From positions 160,001 through 224,000 of IMG/VR virus record IMGVR_UViG_3300017716_001697: DNA of 64,000 bases; one strand, 5' to 3'. The stretch comes from a virus (Duplodnaviria; Caudoviricetes). Within the stretch, counting starts at the first letter, position 1. Every line of letters starts with the position of its first letter. The notes under the pieces are model-generated. The model had not been told where the DNA came from, made no database searches, and worked only from the letters and a program-made list of their open reading frames with translations. The translations under genes and the position numbers were made by a program. Shown piece by piece: positions 29,026 through 37,763 of the stretch.

Positions 29026-29183
29026 TGATCGAATCTTTAGAGAGACAAAAGTATAATCGCCCAAGTGACTTTAGCCCTGAGTGGATTACTTTTGGATTTT
29101 ATGAAAATGCTCGGGCCGCAAAACAAATTGGATACGGACATTATCCGATAGCATTTTACGAAGAACTATTAATGAGTAATTAA
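29022..29183 (+). CDS. Hypothetical 53-aa protein (below cutoff)
   Basis: MMIESLERQKYNRPSDFSPEW...; ATGA-coupled, fills gap exactly. Confidence 0.5.
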   Translation: MMIESLERQKYNRPSDFSPEWITFGFYENARAAKQIGYGHYPIAFYEELLMSN

Positions 29184-29185
29184 TT

Positions 29186-29431
29186 ATGAACGAACGAATT
29201 AAAGAATTTTTAGAACAGGCTATCAGTGACGTTGACTACATACGGTTTACTGACAGTGGCGAAATTGATGAATTGCTAAATGATGAGTTATCAAATATGT
29301 ACATTCCGAATTGTTTCGCTGAAAAGTTTGCCGAGCTAATTGTAAAGGAATGTCTTAGTGTGCAGAATAAGTGCCCGCATGATATTGCTGTTGGCAAATT
29401 TGTTAGAGACCATTTCGGCATAGAAAAATGA
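29186..29431 (+). CDS. MNERI/KFAEL/HFG family small protein
   Basis: MNERIKEFLEQA...EKFAELIVKEC...DHFGIEK. Confidence 0.75.
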   Translation: MNERIKEFLEQAISDVDYIRFTDSGEIDELLNDELSNMYIPNCFAEKFAELIVKECLSVQNKCPHDIAVGKFVRDHFGIEK

Positions 29432-29634
29432 CTGGATTTCCGTTTTGCTCTTTATTACCTACACGCCCTGATACAAGGGCTGAGCATAAAATATGGGTAG
29501 ATGCATATATGTCTATGTCAATATGGTGTGCGAAGAATATTGTAGACCATTGGGGAGCAGATGACAAGTCTTTCTACTTTTCGTTTGAGAACGATTTAAA
29601 CCGATTTAATAAACACTTTGGGATCAAGGAATGA
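29428..29634 (+). CDS. Small protein combining FKLRW-like and HFG-like termini
   Basis: FYFSFENDLNRF followed by NKHFGIKE. Confidence 0.6.
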   Translation: MTGFPFCSLLPTRPDTRAEHKIWVDAYMSMSIWCAKNIVDHWGADDKSFYFSFENDLNRFNKHFGIKE

Positions 29635-29861
29635 GAGACGCATACAATCCGTATAATCCATACGCTACTACACAATTTCCACCAATCGACCTATTGTGTG
29701 GCAATGTAGCATACTTTGATCACGAAAGTGGGATGAGCCACCGCTGTAATTACTGTGGCGCTGTCCTGCACAGTATTGGCATGCCAAAGCGTTGCAAAGA
29801 TCTATACGATATGGAAGATGTAGTTAAGAAGTTAAAAGGCACGGTGGATTGGGATGACTGA
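29631..29861 (+). CDS. Hypothetical protein with CxxC
   Basis: HRCNYCGAVLHSIGMPKRC. Confidence 0.6.
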   Translation: MRDAYNPYNPYATTQFPPIDLLCGNVAYFDHESGMSHRCNYCGAVLHSIGMPKRCKDLYDMEDVVKKLKGTVDWDD

Positions 29862-30060
29862 ATCTGAAATTACCCAATTGCGGCTTGCATTAAACACTGC
29901 TATACTTGCATTAGACGACTGGACAAACACATACGCATCGGATTTTTGCGACGAACAACGTGTAGTCGAGGCGTGGAAACGTATAAAAGATAACGGTGGA
30001 ACAGTTGCATATATTTGCGATGCTGTAACACAATGTAAAGAAGCAAGGGATTTATTATGA
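29854..30060 (+). CDS. Hypothetical protein
   Basis: 68 aa. Confidence 0.55.
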   Translation: MTESEITQLRLALNTAILALDDWTNTYASDFCDEQRVVEAWKRIKDNGGTVAYICDAVTQCKEARDLL

Positions 30061-30284
30061 CATATTTTGTAATTCATGTATCGGACAATGGCGCGTCAAT
30101 TAGCTCAATGTGCAAAGAGGAATTGGAGCAAAGCCTGGTCGAGGGATATTGGGGTGGCTCTAACGAAGTATTTAATAAGATGCCTTGCTCCGACATTTCT
30201 GAATGGCCAGAGGGTATGCTGATTATCAGAGGCGATGTTGTAGTTCCTAGAGTAGTCGAAGTAGCAACAAAGTACGAACTATGA
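30057..30284 (+). CDS. Hypothetical protein
   Basis: 75 aa. Confidence 0.55.
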   Translation: MTYFVIHVSDNGASISSMCKEELEQSLVEGYWGGSNEVFNKMPCSDISEWPEGMLIIRGDVVVPRVVEVATKYEL

Positions 30285-30469
30285 ACAAATTTAACATCGG
30301 TGATGTCGTTGCTTTACATAGCACATCCGATCTAGAGCTCGACAGGGCAACAGGTACTGTCGAGGGTTTCCATGACAAAGATGGCGTAATTGTTACGTTC
30401 TTGCCGCCTAGGCCATTAGGCTATAATCCGGCCATTGTAATCACACAATATTGTATTAAGAAAGTTTAA
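30281..30469 (+). CDS. Hypothetical protein (KOW/SH3-like)
   Basis: KFNIGDVV start. Confidence 0.55.
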   Translation: MNKFNIGDVVALHSTSDLELDRATGTVEGFHDKDGVIVTFLPPRPLGYNPAIVITQYCIKKV

Positions 30470-30470
30470 A

Positions 30471-30929
30471 ATGAAAATCGTAACTAAAGTTGGTAACTTG
30501 CTCAATGTGAAGCGAGGACACATTGTACATGGATGCAATGCACAAGGGGTAATGGGCAGTGGTGTAGCACTTGCTGTCAAAAACATGTATCCAGCAGCAT
30601 TCGAAGATTACAGAGGTATCTTCGAAGACGAGGGACTTGAGCTCGGTTGGGCATATCCTTTTATGCCAGATACGGAACCGTTAGTAATATGGAATGCAAT
30701 TACGCAAGAAGGATTTGGCCAACCAACCCGCAATTGTAGTTACGATGCCATTCAGACATGTTTTCAACAAATCAACGAAGCTGTGGCAAACACGGCAGAT
30801 TTGGGTATTCCGCAGGAGATTCATATTCCTGCTATCGGTGCAGGACTTGGCGGTGGTAACTGGGAAATTATCCGCGAGATTATTGAACAGACAGTCACCT
30901 TCCCAACTACTTTGTGGGTTTTGCAATAG
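30471..30929 (+). CDS. Macro domain protein (ADP-ribose processing)
   Basis: GNLL, IVHGCNAQGVMGSGVA, PAIGAGLGGGNW. Confidence 0.88.
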   Translation: MKIVTKVGNLLNVKRGHIVHGCNAQGVMGSGVALAVKNMYPAAFEDYRGIFEDEGLELGWAYPFMPDTEPLVIWNAITQEGFGQPTRNCSYDAIQTCFQQINEAVANTADLGIPQEIHIPAIGAGLGGGNWEIIREIIEQTVTFPTTLWVLQ

Positions 30930-30941
30930 AGATAGATTTCT

Positions 30942-31145
30942 ATGTACGATCGACCATATTATGTTAGTCCGGCGGATATACGTATATTAGATGTCGGACA
31001 GCTCCTTACAGAGGAAATTAAAACTTGGTGTAACGAAACATATGGTCCGGATAACTGGTATGGATCAAATGAATGGAATTCAGCAAGATATATTTTTAAT
31101 AACGAAGAAGATTTAATAATTTTTAAATTAAGATGGCCAACATGA
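30942..31145 (+). CDS. FKLRW-family small protein
   Basis: WCNETYG...YIFNNEEDLIIFKLRWP. Confidence 0.78.
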   Translation: MYDRPYYVSPADIRILDVGQLLTEEIKTWCNETYGPDNWYGSNEWNSARYIFNNEEDLIIFKLRWPT

Positions 31146-31384
31146 ATACAATCTATACACCTAAACTTACCGAGCTAAAGGCTAAGAAGCGTAAGTTTGG
31201 TTTCAAGCTAGACGGTATCGGTATGGGCAGCTTCATCTTTATGGGTGAAGTTATGAAGTTCCTGCAAAATGTACCCGATGACGAATATATTGCTGAAATG
31301 GTCGGATACGGAAGTAGTCACGATTTCCGTCTCTATACAGATGTTGAGGAATTGGCAACACACATCCGCACAAAGTTCTGCTAA
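31133..31384 (+). CDS. Hypothetical protein
   Basis: 83 aa; start lies in the RW codons of the upstream gene. Confidence 0.55.
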   Translation: MANMNTIYTPKLTELKAKKRKFGFKLDGIGMGSFIFMGEVMKFLQNVPDDEYIAEMVGYGSSHDFRLYTDVEELATHIRTKFC

Positions 31385-31389
31385 ACATC

Positions 31390-31695
31390 ATGCGAATCAA
31401 CCTCAATAATCGGTGGTCAACTAACAGCGATACAGATAAACGCCTTATGTACTCGCTTATAGTTGAAATGTTAACAGATTGGAATATCAAACACGAGTCG
31501 ACTGCGGTTAGTAGTTTGATAGAGGGTGTTGCTACCACAGAGTTTCTATCCTGGTTACTAGAGAAGAAAAAGATAACAGCTAAGTATTATAAGATAGAAA
31601 CAATATTTGTTGGCTTTGATGTCGTTGAGGATGAGAATCTGACAGCATATAAGTTGTCAGTTGATTTATCTAATCCAGTTCAATTCTACAAATAA
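31390..31695 (+). CDS. Hypothetical protein
   Basis: 101 aa. Confidence 0.55.
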   Translation: MRINLNNRWSTNSDTDKRLMYSLIVEMLTDWNIKHESTAVSSLIEGVATTEFLSWLLEKKKITAKYYKIETIFVGFDVVEDENLTAYKLSVDLSNPVQFYK

Positions 31696-31755
31696 TCCTG
31701 TTGTATTATGTTGTGCCATACTGTACAATTGCAACACATTAACTAAAGGACTAAC

Positions 31756-32376
31756 ATGTTTCGTAAACTACTCGCAGGAGTAATCCTGTCTGTCTGCGCA
31801 ATGACAGCAATCGCTGGTACAACAGTAATTGACACAAAAGGCCTTAGTGAGGCACAAGTGGCTGAATTGAAGTCTATTGCAGCAAAGGCAGTAGCCGATG
31901 TTGCTAAAACCGCCGAAGTACCTATTGTTCCATCAACACCATCTGCTGTAATGACAATTGCTGCTACGTGGGGTACACAGGCCGCACAAGCTGCCGAAGG
32001 CTTCGCTAAGGCAATCAACATTGCAGCAAAGGAACTGGGTGTAACTGTAAATGATTTCCTACACACAGACGCAGGTAAACTTACCGCTGCGCTGATTGTA
32101 TGGAAAGTGGCCGGTGCTGCAATTTCACATATGTTGTACGGATTTATATTCCTTACAGTCGGTCTTACGTGCATTCGTGTATTGTATGTACGTCTATTCA
32201 CTAATGAATATAAGGAAGTACCTTTTAGTCATCTGTTCGGGCTCTGGTCCGGGGTGAAACTGGTTCGTATTCCTAAAACAATTGGCCAGTTTCGGACAGA
32301 CGGTGAATGGTTTGCATTCTGGGTTCTTATGCTTGCTACGATTGGCGTATTATGGATAGGTGGAGCATTCTTCTAA
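31756..32376 (+). CDS. Membrane protein with signal peptide
   Basis: N-terminal signal (VILSVCAMTAIA) and C-terminal TM helices; AAGGA RBS. Confidence 0.75.
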   Translation: MFRKLLAGVILSVCAMTAIAGTTVIDTKGLSEAQVAELKSIAAKAVADVAKTAEVPIVPSTPSAVMTIAATWGTQAAQAAEGFAKAINIAAKELGVTVNDFLHTDAGKLTAALIVWKVAGAAISHMLYGFIFLTVGLTCIRVLYVRLFTNEYKEVPFSHLFGLWSGVKLVRIPKTIGQFRTDGEWFAFWVLMLATIGVLWIGGAFF

Positions 32377-32380
32377 TCAG

Positions 32381-32408
32381 TTGACAATTACTGTAGTAAT
32401 AGTATAAT
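32381..32408 (+). promoter_or_regulatory. sigma70-type promoter
   Basis: TTGACA-N16-TATAAT. Confidence 0.75.
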
Positions 32409-32430
32409 TAGGGTAACAGAGTTTGCCCTA

Positions 32431-32799
32431 ATGCCATTTAAGGAGTTTATAATGGGTTCAGTAAAATATGAAAAATATCTGCAGACAGATATTGGACGCA
32501 GCCTTATCAGTAAGCATACATGTGATGAAATAAGTCTGTGGAGAATTAGAAGTGAAGGTGACGTCGATTTTGGTGGCGTCGATTTAGGGATTGTTAATGG
32601 TAAGCTAGACGATGTAATTGAATATGCTGTAAATCTGCCCGAATTTTGGTCCTGGGGTAGCGGTGGCTCAATAGACCCTTACGGCCCTATACCGACAATT
32701 ACGGCCGCCAACAATGAAGCAAAAATTGCAAAGCAACGTGAGGTTGTAGAGCTAGAAAAACGGTTACTGATTGCAAAGGCAGAATTGGAGAACATGTGA
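32431..32799 (+). CDS. Hypothetical protein
   Basis: 122 aa; true start probably the ATG after AAGGAG. Confidence 0.65.
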   Translation: MPFKEFIMGSVKYEKYLQTDIGRSLISKHTCDEISLWRIRSEGDVDFGGVDLGIVNGKLDDVIEYAVNLPEFWSWGSGGSIDPYGPIPTITAANNEAKIAKQREVVELEKRLLIAKAELENM

Positions 32800-32972
32800 T
32801 AATTCGTGTACCCAATGATAACTGTGGACCGGAAATTGATACATGGCTGGTTGCAAATGCAGGGTACGGTGGCTACAAAGAATGGCTCAATCCATTCGTT
32901 AGACAGCCATACAGATGCTTCGAAATTTTTGATGAAGAACTTGCAATCATATTCAAACTTATGTGGTTATGA
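32796..32972 (+). CDS. FKLRW-family small protein missed by the ORF track (58 aa)
   Basis: Manual translation from GTG: IIRVPNDNCGPEIDTWLVANAG...FEIFDEELAIIFKLMWL; coupled at both ends. Confidence 0.7.
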   Translation: MIIRVPNDNCGPEIDTWLVANAGYGGYKEWLNPFVRQPYRCFEIFDEELAIIFKLMWL

Positions 32973-33169
32973 ATACAAGAGCCTACTATGCATTATACAA
33001 ATATCATGTACCGTATAAACGGACTAATGATTGGTATCCCACAGTATGGAGAGAATTGAGTGGGTGGTGTGATACTGCATTTGGAACCGGGCATTGGGAA
33101 TATTTTAATGAAAATTTTATGTTCGAAACCGAAGAACAGAAACTCTTATTTAAACTAAGGTGGTTGTAA
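32969..33169 (+). CDS. FKLRW-family small protein
   Basis: WCDTAFG...FMFETEEQKLLFKLRWL. Confidence 0.78.
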   Translation: MNTRAYYALYKYHVPYKRTNDWYPTVWRELSGWCDTAFGTGHWEYFNENFMFETEEQKLLFKLRWL

Positions 33170-33498
33170 TGGCACAAGAATTCGGATTCATTGGTTGGTG
33201 TAAAGAAGATAATCACGATAAGGTCTGGGGATACTTTTATCGCCCTACACCAGATGCAAGCACCTGGGCCCGTAAGAGTAGCGGCTGGAATTGCTGTGTT
33301 TTTTGGGCAAAGCGCGGTGCCGCTATGCGATTTAAAGCTGATGTTACCGGCTGGGAACTCGATAAGTTAGTTAATTCTAAACTTAAGAAAGGATACAGCA
33401 GAATTTATGAACCAAGGCTTTTCGAAATTTGGCCAACCTTTGTCGAAGAGGCAGAAGCTAAATTAATGTGGGACGTTCTTGCAGGAAAGATAAAATGA
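33160..33498 (+). CDS. WGR-domain-like protein
   Basis: DKVWG...VFWAKRG...KLKKGY pattern. Confidence 0.55.
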   Translation: MVVMAQEFGFIGWCKEDNHDKVWGYFYRPTPDASTWARKSSGWNCCVFWAKRGAAMRFKADVTGWELDKLVNSKLKKGYSRIYEPRLFEIWPTFVEEAEAKLMWDVLAGKIK

Positions 33499-33872
33499 AT
33501 GAGTTACAACTGTTTGGTAAGAAAGTGTTTGCTAGGATGAAAATGCGCCGCGGCAAAGAAAGTCTACGCACACGGCTTTGGTGGAGATTTATGCCCGGTA
33601 CCTACATACATATGAATTGGCCTACAGGCCCTGTAAATGTTAAAAATCCATGCGGAGAAATTTTCCTACACATGCCCGGTCCAGACTCAGCTGACCCAAA
33701 TGATCACTGGCGTGCATGGTTAGAACGAGAAGTAGGTAAACAGGGCATGGCGTGGGACTGGGAGGTTGGTTCAATAGGCGGGCCACAAACACATGGTCAG
33801 GATACCGTAGTGATTAAGTTTAGATTCGATAAAGGGAGTGTTGCAACAGCATTCAAACTAATATATGGATGA
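33495..33872 (+). CDS. FKLRW-family protein with N-terminal extension
   Basis: WLEREVGKQG...KGSVATAFKLIYG. Confidence 0.65.
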   Translation: MNELQLFGKKVFARMKMRRGKESLRTRLWWRFMPGTYIHMNWPTGPVNVKNPCGEIFLHMPGPDSADPNDHWRAWLEREVGKQGMAWDWEVGSIGGPQTHGQDTVVIKFRFDKGSVATAFKLIYG

Positions 33873-34227
33873 AGAATTTAGAAAAATAATGCTCCCTATG
33901 ATTCGGAGGATAGCGCCTGCCCTAATTGCGCAAGATATGCTCGGTGTGCAGCCAATGGCGTATCCGACTAAATTATCGTATACTACTGGTGCAGATTATT
34001 CAATTGAAAATCCATTTGAAATAGAGTGGCACTGGGTCCAAACAAGATCGCCATTTATTTTCAGTCTAAAGTTTGGAAAGAAGCCACCACTCACCGATAT
34101 GGAAGACTGGTGTAACGAAGCGTTTGGCGCGGACCAGACAACATGGAAAACGCATCTGTCAAAATACTATTTTAAAGAAGAAGAAATGCGCACCATGTTT
34201 ATTCTAAGGTGGTCAAATGAGTTATAA
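33865..34227 (+). CDS. FKLRW-family protein with N-terminal Gol-like capsid peptide
   Basis: IMLPMIRRIAPALIAQDMLGVQPM plus WCNEAFG...YFKEEEMRTMFILRW. Confidence 0.7.
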   Translation: MDEEFRKIMLPMIRRIAPALIAQDMLGVQPMAYPTKLSYTTGADYSIENPFEIEWHWVQTRSPFIFSLKFGKKPPLTDMEDWCNEAFGADQTTWKTHLSKYYFKEEEMRTMFILRWSNEL

Positions 34228-34453
34228 ATTCGAATTAGAACATTCGTGGTCACATTGTCCAGTCTCGTGGAAAAACTTCATAAGTTCTTTGGATCATCAA
34301 CCAGGCGAAAATGGCGTAAGTATAGAAACCATAAATGGTGCATTGCAACCCTATGATGCTAATTACGTAAAGATGGGAGATATCAATGGTCCATATGTCG
34401 AGTTCAGAGACGAAGCTGACTTACTGATGTTTATACTGAAATATACTACTTAA
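34217..34453 (+). CDS. FKLRW-family small protein
   Basis: WKNFI...VEFRDEADLLMFILKY. Confidence 0.75.
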   Translation: MSYKFELEHSWSHCPVSWKNFISSLDHQPGENGVSIETINGALQPYDANYVKMGDINGPYVEFRDEADLLMFILKYTT

Positions 34454-34470
34454 CAAATTACAGGATTTAT

Positions 34471-35118
34471 ATGCCACAAATTATCGCATGGCAATGTGCT
34501 AACACAAAAAAGGTGTTTGTTGAAAAAGATGATTACACTAAACATCTTCGTAAACTTGCTAATGAGCGTAGAAAAGACAAACGGTATGCAGACCTAAAGA
34601 CCAATTTTTATAATTGGCTTACAGCAGAAAAAGAGAATATTCATTCTGTTACTGAAATTGCATCCTGGGTGTTGCTAAATCAGAAGAAGTTGATGGACGC
34701 ATCTAATGCTCTTAAAATCGGAACATTCACCAATGACAAATATTTTGACGATGATGAATTTATAAAATTCATGTTAGTTGATATGCGTTACTCGCAATCT
34801 GTAAGTAACACTCATTCATGCCCACACAACGGTGTGCAGAACTGGCGTGGTGACACTAAATTAAAAGATGGGACACCTGCACCAAATGGTTATCCCGGAT
34901 GGGCCGGAAACATTAAAGGCGCATTGAGCCGCAACAAGAACAGAATGGGGTCTTATCCATATGACAACATACTAAAATTGATTAGACTACACACCGGCAC
35001 CGGTGGCGGCGGAAATGAAAGTTGGGGATACGATTGCAAGATTTTTCTTGCCGATTGGCCAGGACTCTCAAATCAAGTGTTATTTGACAAATTAAAGGGC
35101 GTAAAAATAACCAATTGA
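34471..35118 (+). CDS. Hypothetical protein
   Basis: 215 aa. Confidence 0.7.
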   Translation: MPQIIAWQCANTKKVFVEKDDYTKHLRKLANERRKDKRYADLKTNFYNWLTAEKENIHSVTEIASWVLLNQKKLMDASNALKIGTFTNDKYFDDDEFIKFMLVDMRYSQSVSNTHSCPHNGVQNWRGDTKLKDGTPAPNGYPGWAGNIKGALSRNKNRMGSYPYDNILKLIRLHTGTGGGGNESWGYDCKIFLADWPGLSNQVLFDKLKGVKITN

Positions 35119-35143
35119 CGTTACCCTGGTATTAACATACAAT
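35115..35143 (+). promoter_or_regulatory. sigma70-type promoter
   Basis: TTGACG-N17-TACAAT. Confidence 0.7.
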
Positions 35144-35183
35144 ACATACATAGCAACTTTTTAACAACTGGAGAAAACACACA

Positions 35184-36278
35184 ATGGCTACACTTGATAC
35201 TTCCCGCGTTGAACGTCCCCGTGATGTACGCACACTTTTGACACGCTGCATGAAGGTGGGTCGTCCTGCAATGATCTGGGGTCCTCCCGGCATTGGCAAG
35301 TCTGAACTGATTGCAGAAATTGGTTTGGAAACCGGGCGCCCTGTTATCGACATGCGTTTGCTGTTGTTGGAACCAACTGACATTAAGGGCATCCCATACT
35401 TCGACGTTGACACAAAGACAATGAAGTGGGCTCAACCTGCAGATTTGCCAACAGATACGCATCTGGCTGACGCAATCCTGTTCCTGGACGAAATTAACGC
35501 TGCCGCTCCTAGCGTGCAGGCTGCTGCGTATCAGTTGATTCTGAATCGCCGAGTTGGTGAATATCACCTGCCTAAGGGTGTTAGCATGGTGTGTGCAGGT
35601 AACCGTGACAGCGACAAGGGTGTTACATATCGTATGCCAAGCCCGCTGGCAAATCGTTTGGTGCACATCGAAATGACTGCTAACTTCGAAGACTGGCAGA
35701 AATGGGCGATCGGTGCAAAGATTCACGCAGACGTGGTTGGCTTCTTGTCGCACCACAAGCAAAAGCTGTTTAACTTCGACAGCAAGAGCCCAGACAAGGC
35801 ATTTGCTACACCGCGTAGCTGGGTGTTCGTTTCGCAACTGATTAGCGACGACATGCCAGAATCGATGAATACATCGCTGGTCGCTGGTACAGTTGGTGAT
35901 GGTCTGGCTACTGAGTTTGCATCGCACCGCAAGGTTGCATCTAAGATGCCTAAGTCGGAAGACGTGCTGTTGGGCAAGGAAAAGACGCTCAATGTCAAGG
36001 ACCTGAGTGCTATGTACTCGCTGACGATCTCTATGTGCTACACACTCCAAGAGTGGGTTGCAAAGGCTAAAGCCAAGGAAGATGGCTTCGACGTTAAGGC
36101 GTGGCACGAATGTGTCGACCGGTTCTTTGAATTCATGATGGACAACTTCCAGACTGAAATGATTGTGCTGGGTGCTAAGACTGCGCTGCGTGACTATCAG
36201 CTGCCAATCAACCATCGTGAACTGAAGAAGTTTAAGGCCTTCCACGACAAGTTCGGTAAGTACATCCTGGAAGATTAA
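35184..36278 (+). CDS. MoxR-like AAA+ ATPase
   Basis: Walker A GPPGIGKS, Walker B LFLDEIN, AGNR, PLANR. Confidence 0.92.
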   Translation: MATLDTSRVERPRDVRTLLTRCMKVGRPAMIWGPPGIGKSELIAEIGLETGRPVIDMRLLLLEPTDIKGIPYFDVDTKTMKWAQPADLPTDTHLADAILFLDEINAAAPSVQAAAYQLILNRRVGEYHLPKGVSMVCAGNRDSDKGVTYRMPSPLANRLVHIEMTANFEDWQKWAIGAKIHADVVGFLSHHKQKLFNFDSKSPDKAFATPRSWVFVSQLISDDMPESMNTSLVAGTVGDGLATEFASHRKVASKMPKSEDVLLGKEKTLNVKDLSAMYSLTISMCYTLQEWVAKAKAKEDGFDVKAWHECVDRFFEFMMDNFQTEMIVLGAKTALRDYQLPINHRELKKFKAFHDKFGKYILED

Positions 36279-36290
36279 TAACAGGCAACA

Positions 36291-36320
36291 ATAAAACCCG
36301 CCTGGTGCGGGTTTTATTTT
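36291..36320 (+). terminator. Intrinsic terminator
   Basis: ATAAAACCCGC-CTGGT-GCGGGTTTTATTTT. Confidence 0.85.
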
Positions 36321-36339
36321 GGTTTAAATTAAGGTAGAT

Positions 36340-36603
36340 ATGAGTTTTGATTTTGGATCGATGCCAACAAAATTCCTTAACCTAACAGGTAGAACGTGGA
36401 ATTATAGTGGCAATAACGATATAAACGGACTGGCTAGACTGACTACTGAAGTAGTTGTCAATATACCGATAGCGGACGTAGCATTTCTCTCAATAAGAGA
36501 TTGGTGCCAGGATAATTTTGGTGACGACTGGATTTATAATTGGAATGAATTCTACTTTAAGCATAAAGAAGATGCACTACTGTTTAGGCTAAGATATCCA
36601 TGA
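36340..36603 (+). CDS. FKLRW-family small protein
   Basis: WCQDNFG...FYFKHKEDALLFRLRYP. Confidence 0.78.
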   Translation: MSFDFGSMPTKFLNLTGRTWNYSGNNDINGLARLTTEVVVNIPIADVAFLSIRDWCQDNFGDDWIYNWNEFYFKHKEDALLFRLRYP

Positions 36604-36830
36604 AATATATAATCACAACAGGTGATGTCGAAGGAAGAGCACACCATTGGTTTGCTGTGTTCCTGGCATACGCATATGATCATACTATAGATGGTGATTA
36701 CAATCTTCAACATCTTCTCGATCGTCATATTTCTAATGCAACATTATCTGTTGACTATTTTAAGATCGGCGACTCGATTGAATTTAAGTCCGAAGCTGAC
36801 TTCTTGGTATTTAAACTAAAATGGTCATAA
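36600..36830 (+). CDS. FKLRW-family small protein
   Basis: IEFKSEADFLVFKLKWS. Confidence 0.78.
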   Translation: MKYIITTGDVEGRAHHWFAVFLAYAYDHTIDGDYNLQHLLDRHISNATLSVDYFKIGDSIEFKSEADFLVFKLKWS

Positions 36831-37042
36831 AGTTTGATCAGGCTGTGACTGATTTGCAGAACAAGTTCTGGATGCAGCCAGTTGATGCATATATATGGGC
36901 AGAGATTAAAAGATTATTGCAAGAAGATTATCCAGGTGAATATGACGTTAACTTGGGATATGATCAGCATGATTATCTACACATTAGTATTGACTTCGGA
37001 AGCCCAGAATATGAAACATACTTTAGGTTAAAATACTCATGA
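36821..37042 (+). CDS. FKLRW-family small protein
   Basis: IDFGSPEYETYFRLKYS. Confidence 0.7.
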   Translation: MVIKFDQAVTDLQNKFWMQPVDAYIWAEIKRLLQEDYPGEYDVNLGYDQHDYLHISIDFGSPEYETYFRLKYS

Positions 37043-37242
37043 TATCATTCAAATACCCTAATGGCCCGTACACACTTCTGTGGCAAGCATATGTTGATGC
37101 TGGCTGGGCAAAAGACGGATTTAAGGGGTTTACTTCTAGACTAATCCCATACGCTACAGTAGAGGGCACAACACAAAAGGGTCTGATCCTGCATTTCGAC
37201 AATGAAGAAGATTTCATTGCATTTAAATTGGGGTGGCTATGA
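37039..37242 (+). CDS. FKLRW-family small protein
   Basis: LHFDNEEDFIAFKLGWL. Confidence 0.78.
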   Translation: MISFKYPNGPYTLLWQAYVDAGWAKDGFKGFTSRLIPYATVEGTTQKGLILHFDNEEDFIAFKLGWL

Positions 37243-37511
37243 GACCAGATTATGTTGTCATGTTAGATTTCAGGTCCAGGGCCGATGATGAAGAAAAAAG
37301 CAAATGGTGCATGAAAAATGTAGGGAAACCATTTACTGTAGTCGATCATCCGTACGAGGGTGTGCCATACGGATTTAATTATGAAAACGATGACGGTAAA
37401 TGGTGTGCATATGTTAATAACACATATGTCTATGGACCCGAGCGGCCAGTTAATACATGGTGTTTTGTTGATAGCATCGATGCAGATGCCTTTAAACTGA
37501 GGTGGATATGA
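37233..37511 (+). CDS. FKLRW-family small protein
   Basis: WCMKNVG...WCFVDSIDADAFKLRWI. Confidence 0.75.
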   Translation: MAMRPDYVVMLDFRSRADDEEKSKWCMKNVGKPFTVVDHPYEGVPYGFNYENDDGKWCAYVNNTYVYGPERPVNTWCFVDSIDADAFKLRWI

Positions 37512-37732
37512 GATCTCACGAAAAGGTGCAATGTGTATACCTAGACGAGGTATTCTACGCAATAGAAGATCTAGGGTGGCAAGGTGTATTTCTTAAATAC
37601 ATGGATTATAAATTTAACAAATTGGTTGCATGGCTGAATGACAACTGTGTCGACCGTGTAGTATTTCATGCCGCAGGATTTGCATTCGAAAACAAAGAGG
37701 ATGCGATATTCTTTAAACTAAAGTGGGCTTGA
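37502..37732 (+). CDS. FKLRW-family small protein
   Basis: WLNDNC...FAFENKEDAIFFKLKWA. Confidence 0.78.
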   Translation: MDMRSHEKVQCVYLDEVFYAIEDLGWQGVFLKYMDYKFNKLVAWLNDNCVDRVVFHAAGFAFENKEDAIFFKLKWA

Positions 37733-37757
37733 CACCTGACATCGATTAGTATATAAT
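37729..37757 (+). promoter_or_regulatory. sigma70-type promoter
   Basis: TTGACA-N17-TATAAT; -35 overlaps the stop codon of ORF 37502. Confidence 0.8.
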
Positions 37758-37763
37758 ATAAGA

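Noticed and set aside
32806-33018. 70-aa ORF listed in the track
   Set aside because: The overlapping frame 32796-32972 encodes a clear FKLRW-family protein coupled to both neighbours and is preferred.
35121-36245. 374-aa antisense ORF opposite the MoxR ATPase (likewise 9318-9899, 38281-38817, 52653-53078 and other minus-strand shadows)
   Set aside because: Fully overlaps well-supported + strand genes with strong codon bias, has no motifs or RBS; typical shadow ORFs.
36340-37732. Diversity-generating retroelement or integron behind the FKLRW arrays
   Set aside because: No reverse transcriptase, no template/variable repeat pair with adenine-specific mismatches, no integrase and no attC-like palindromes in the window.
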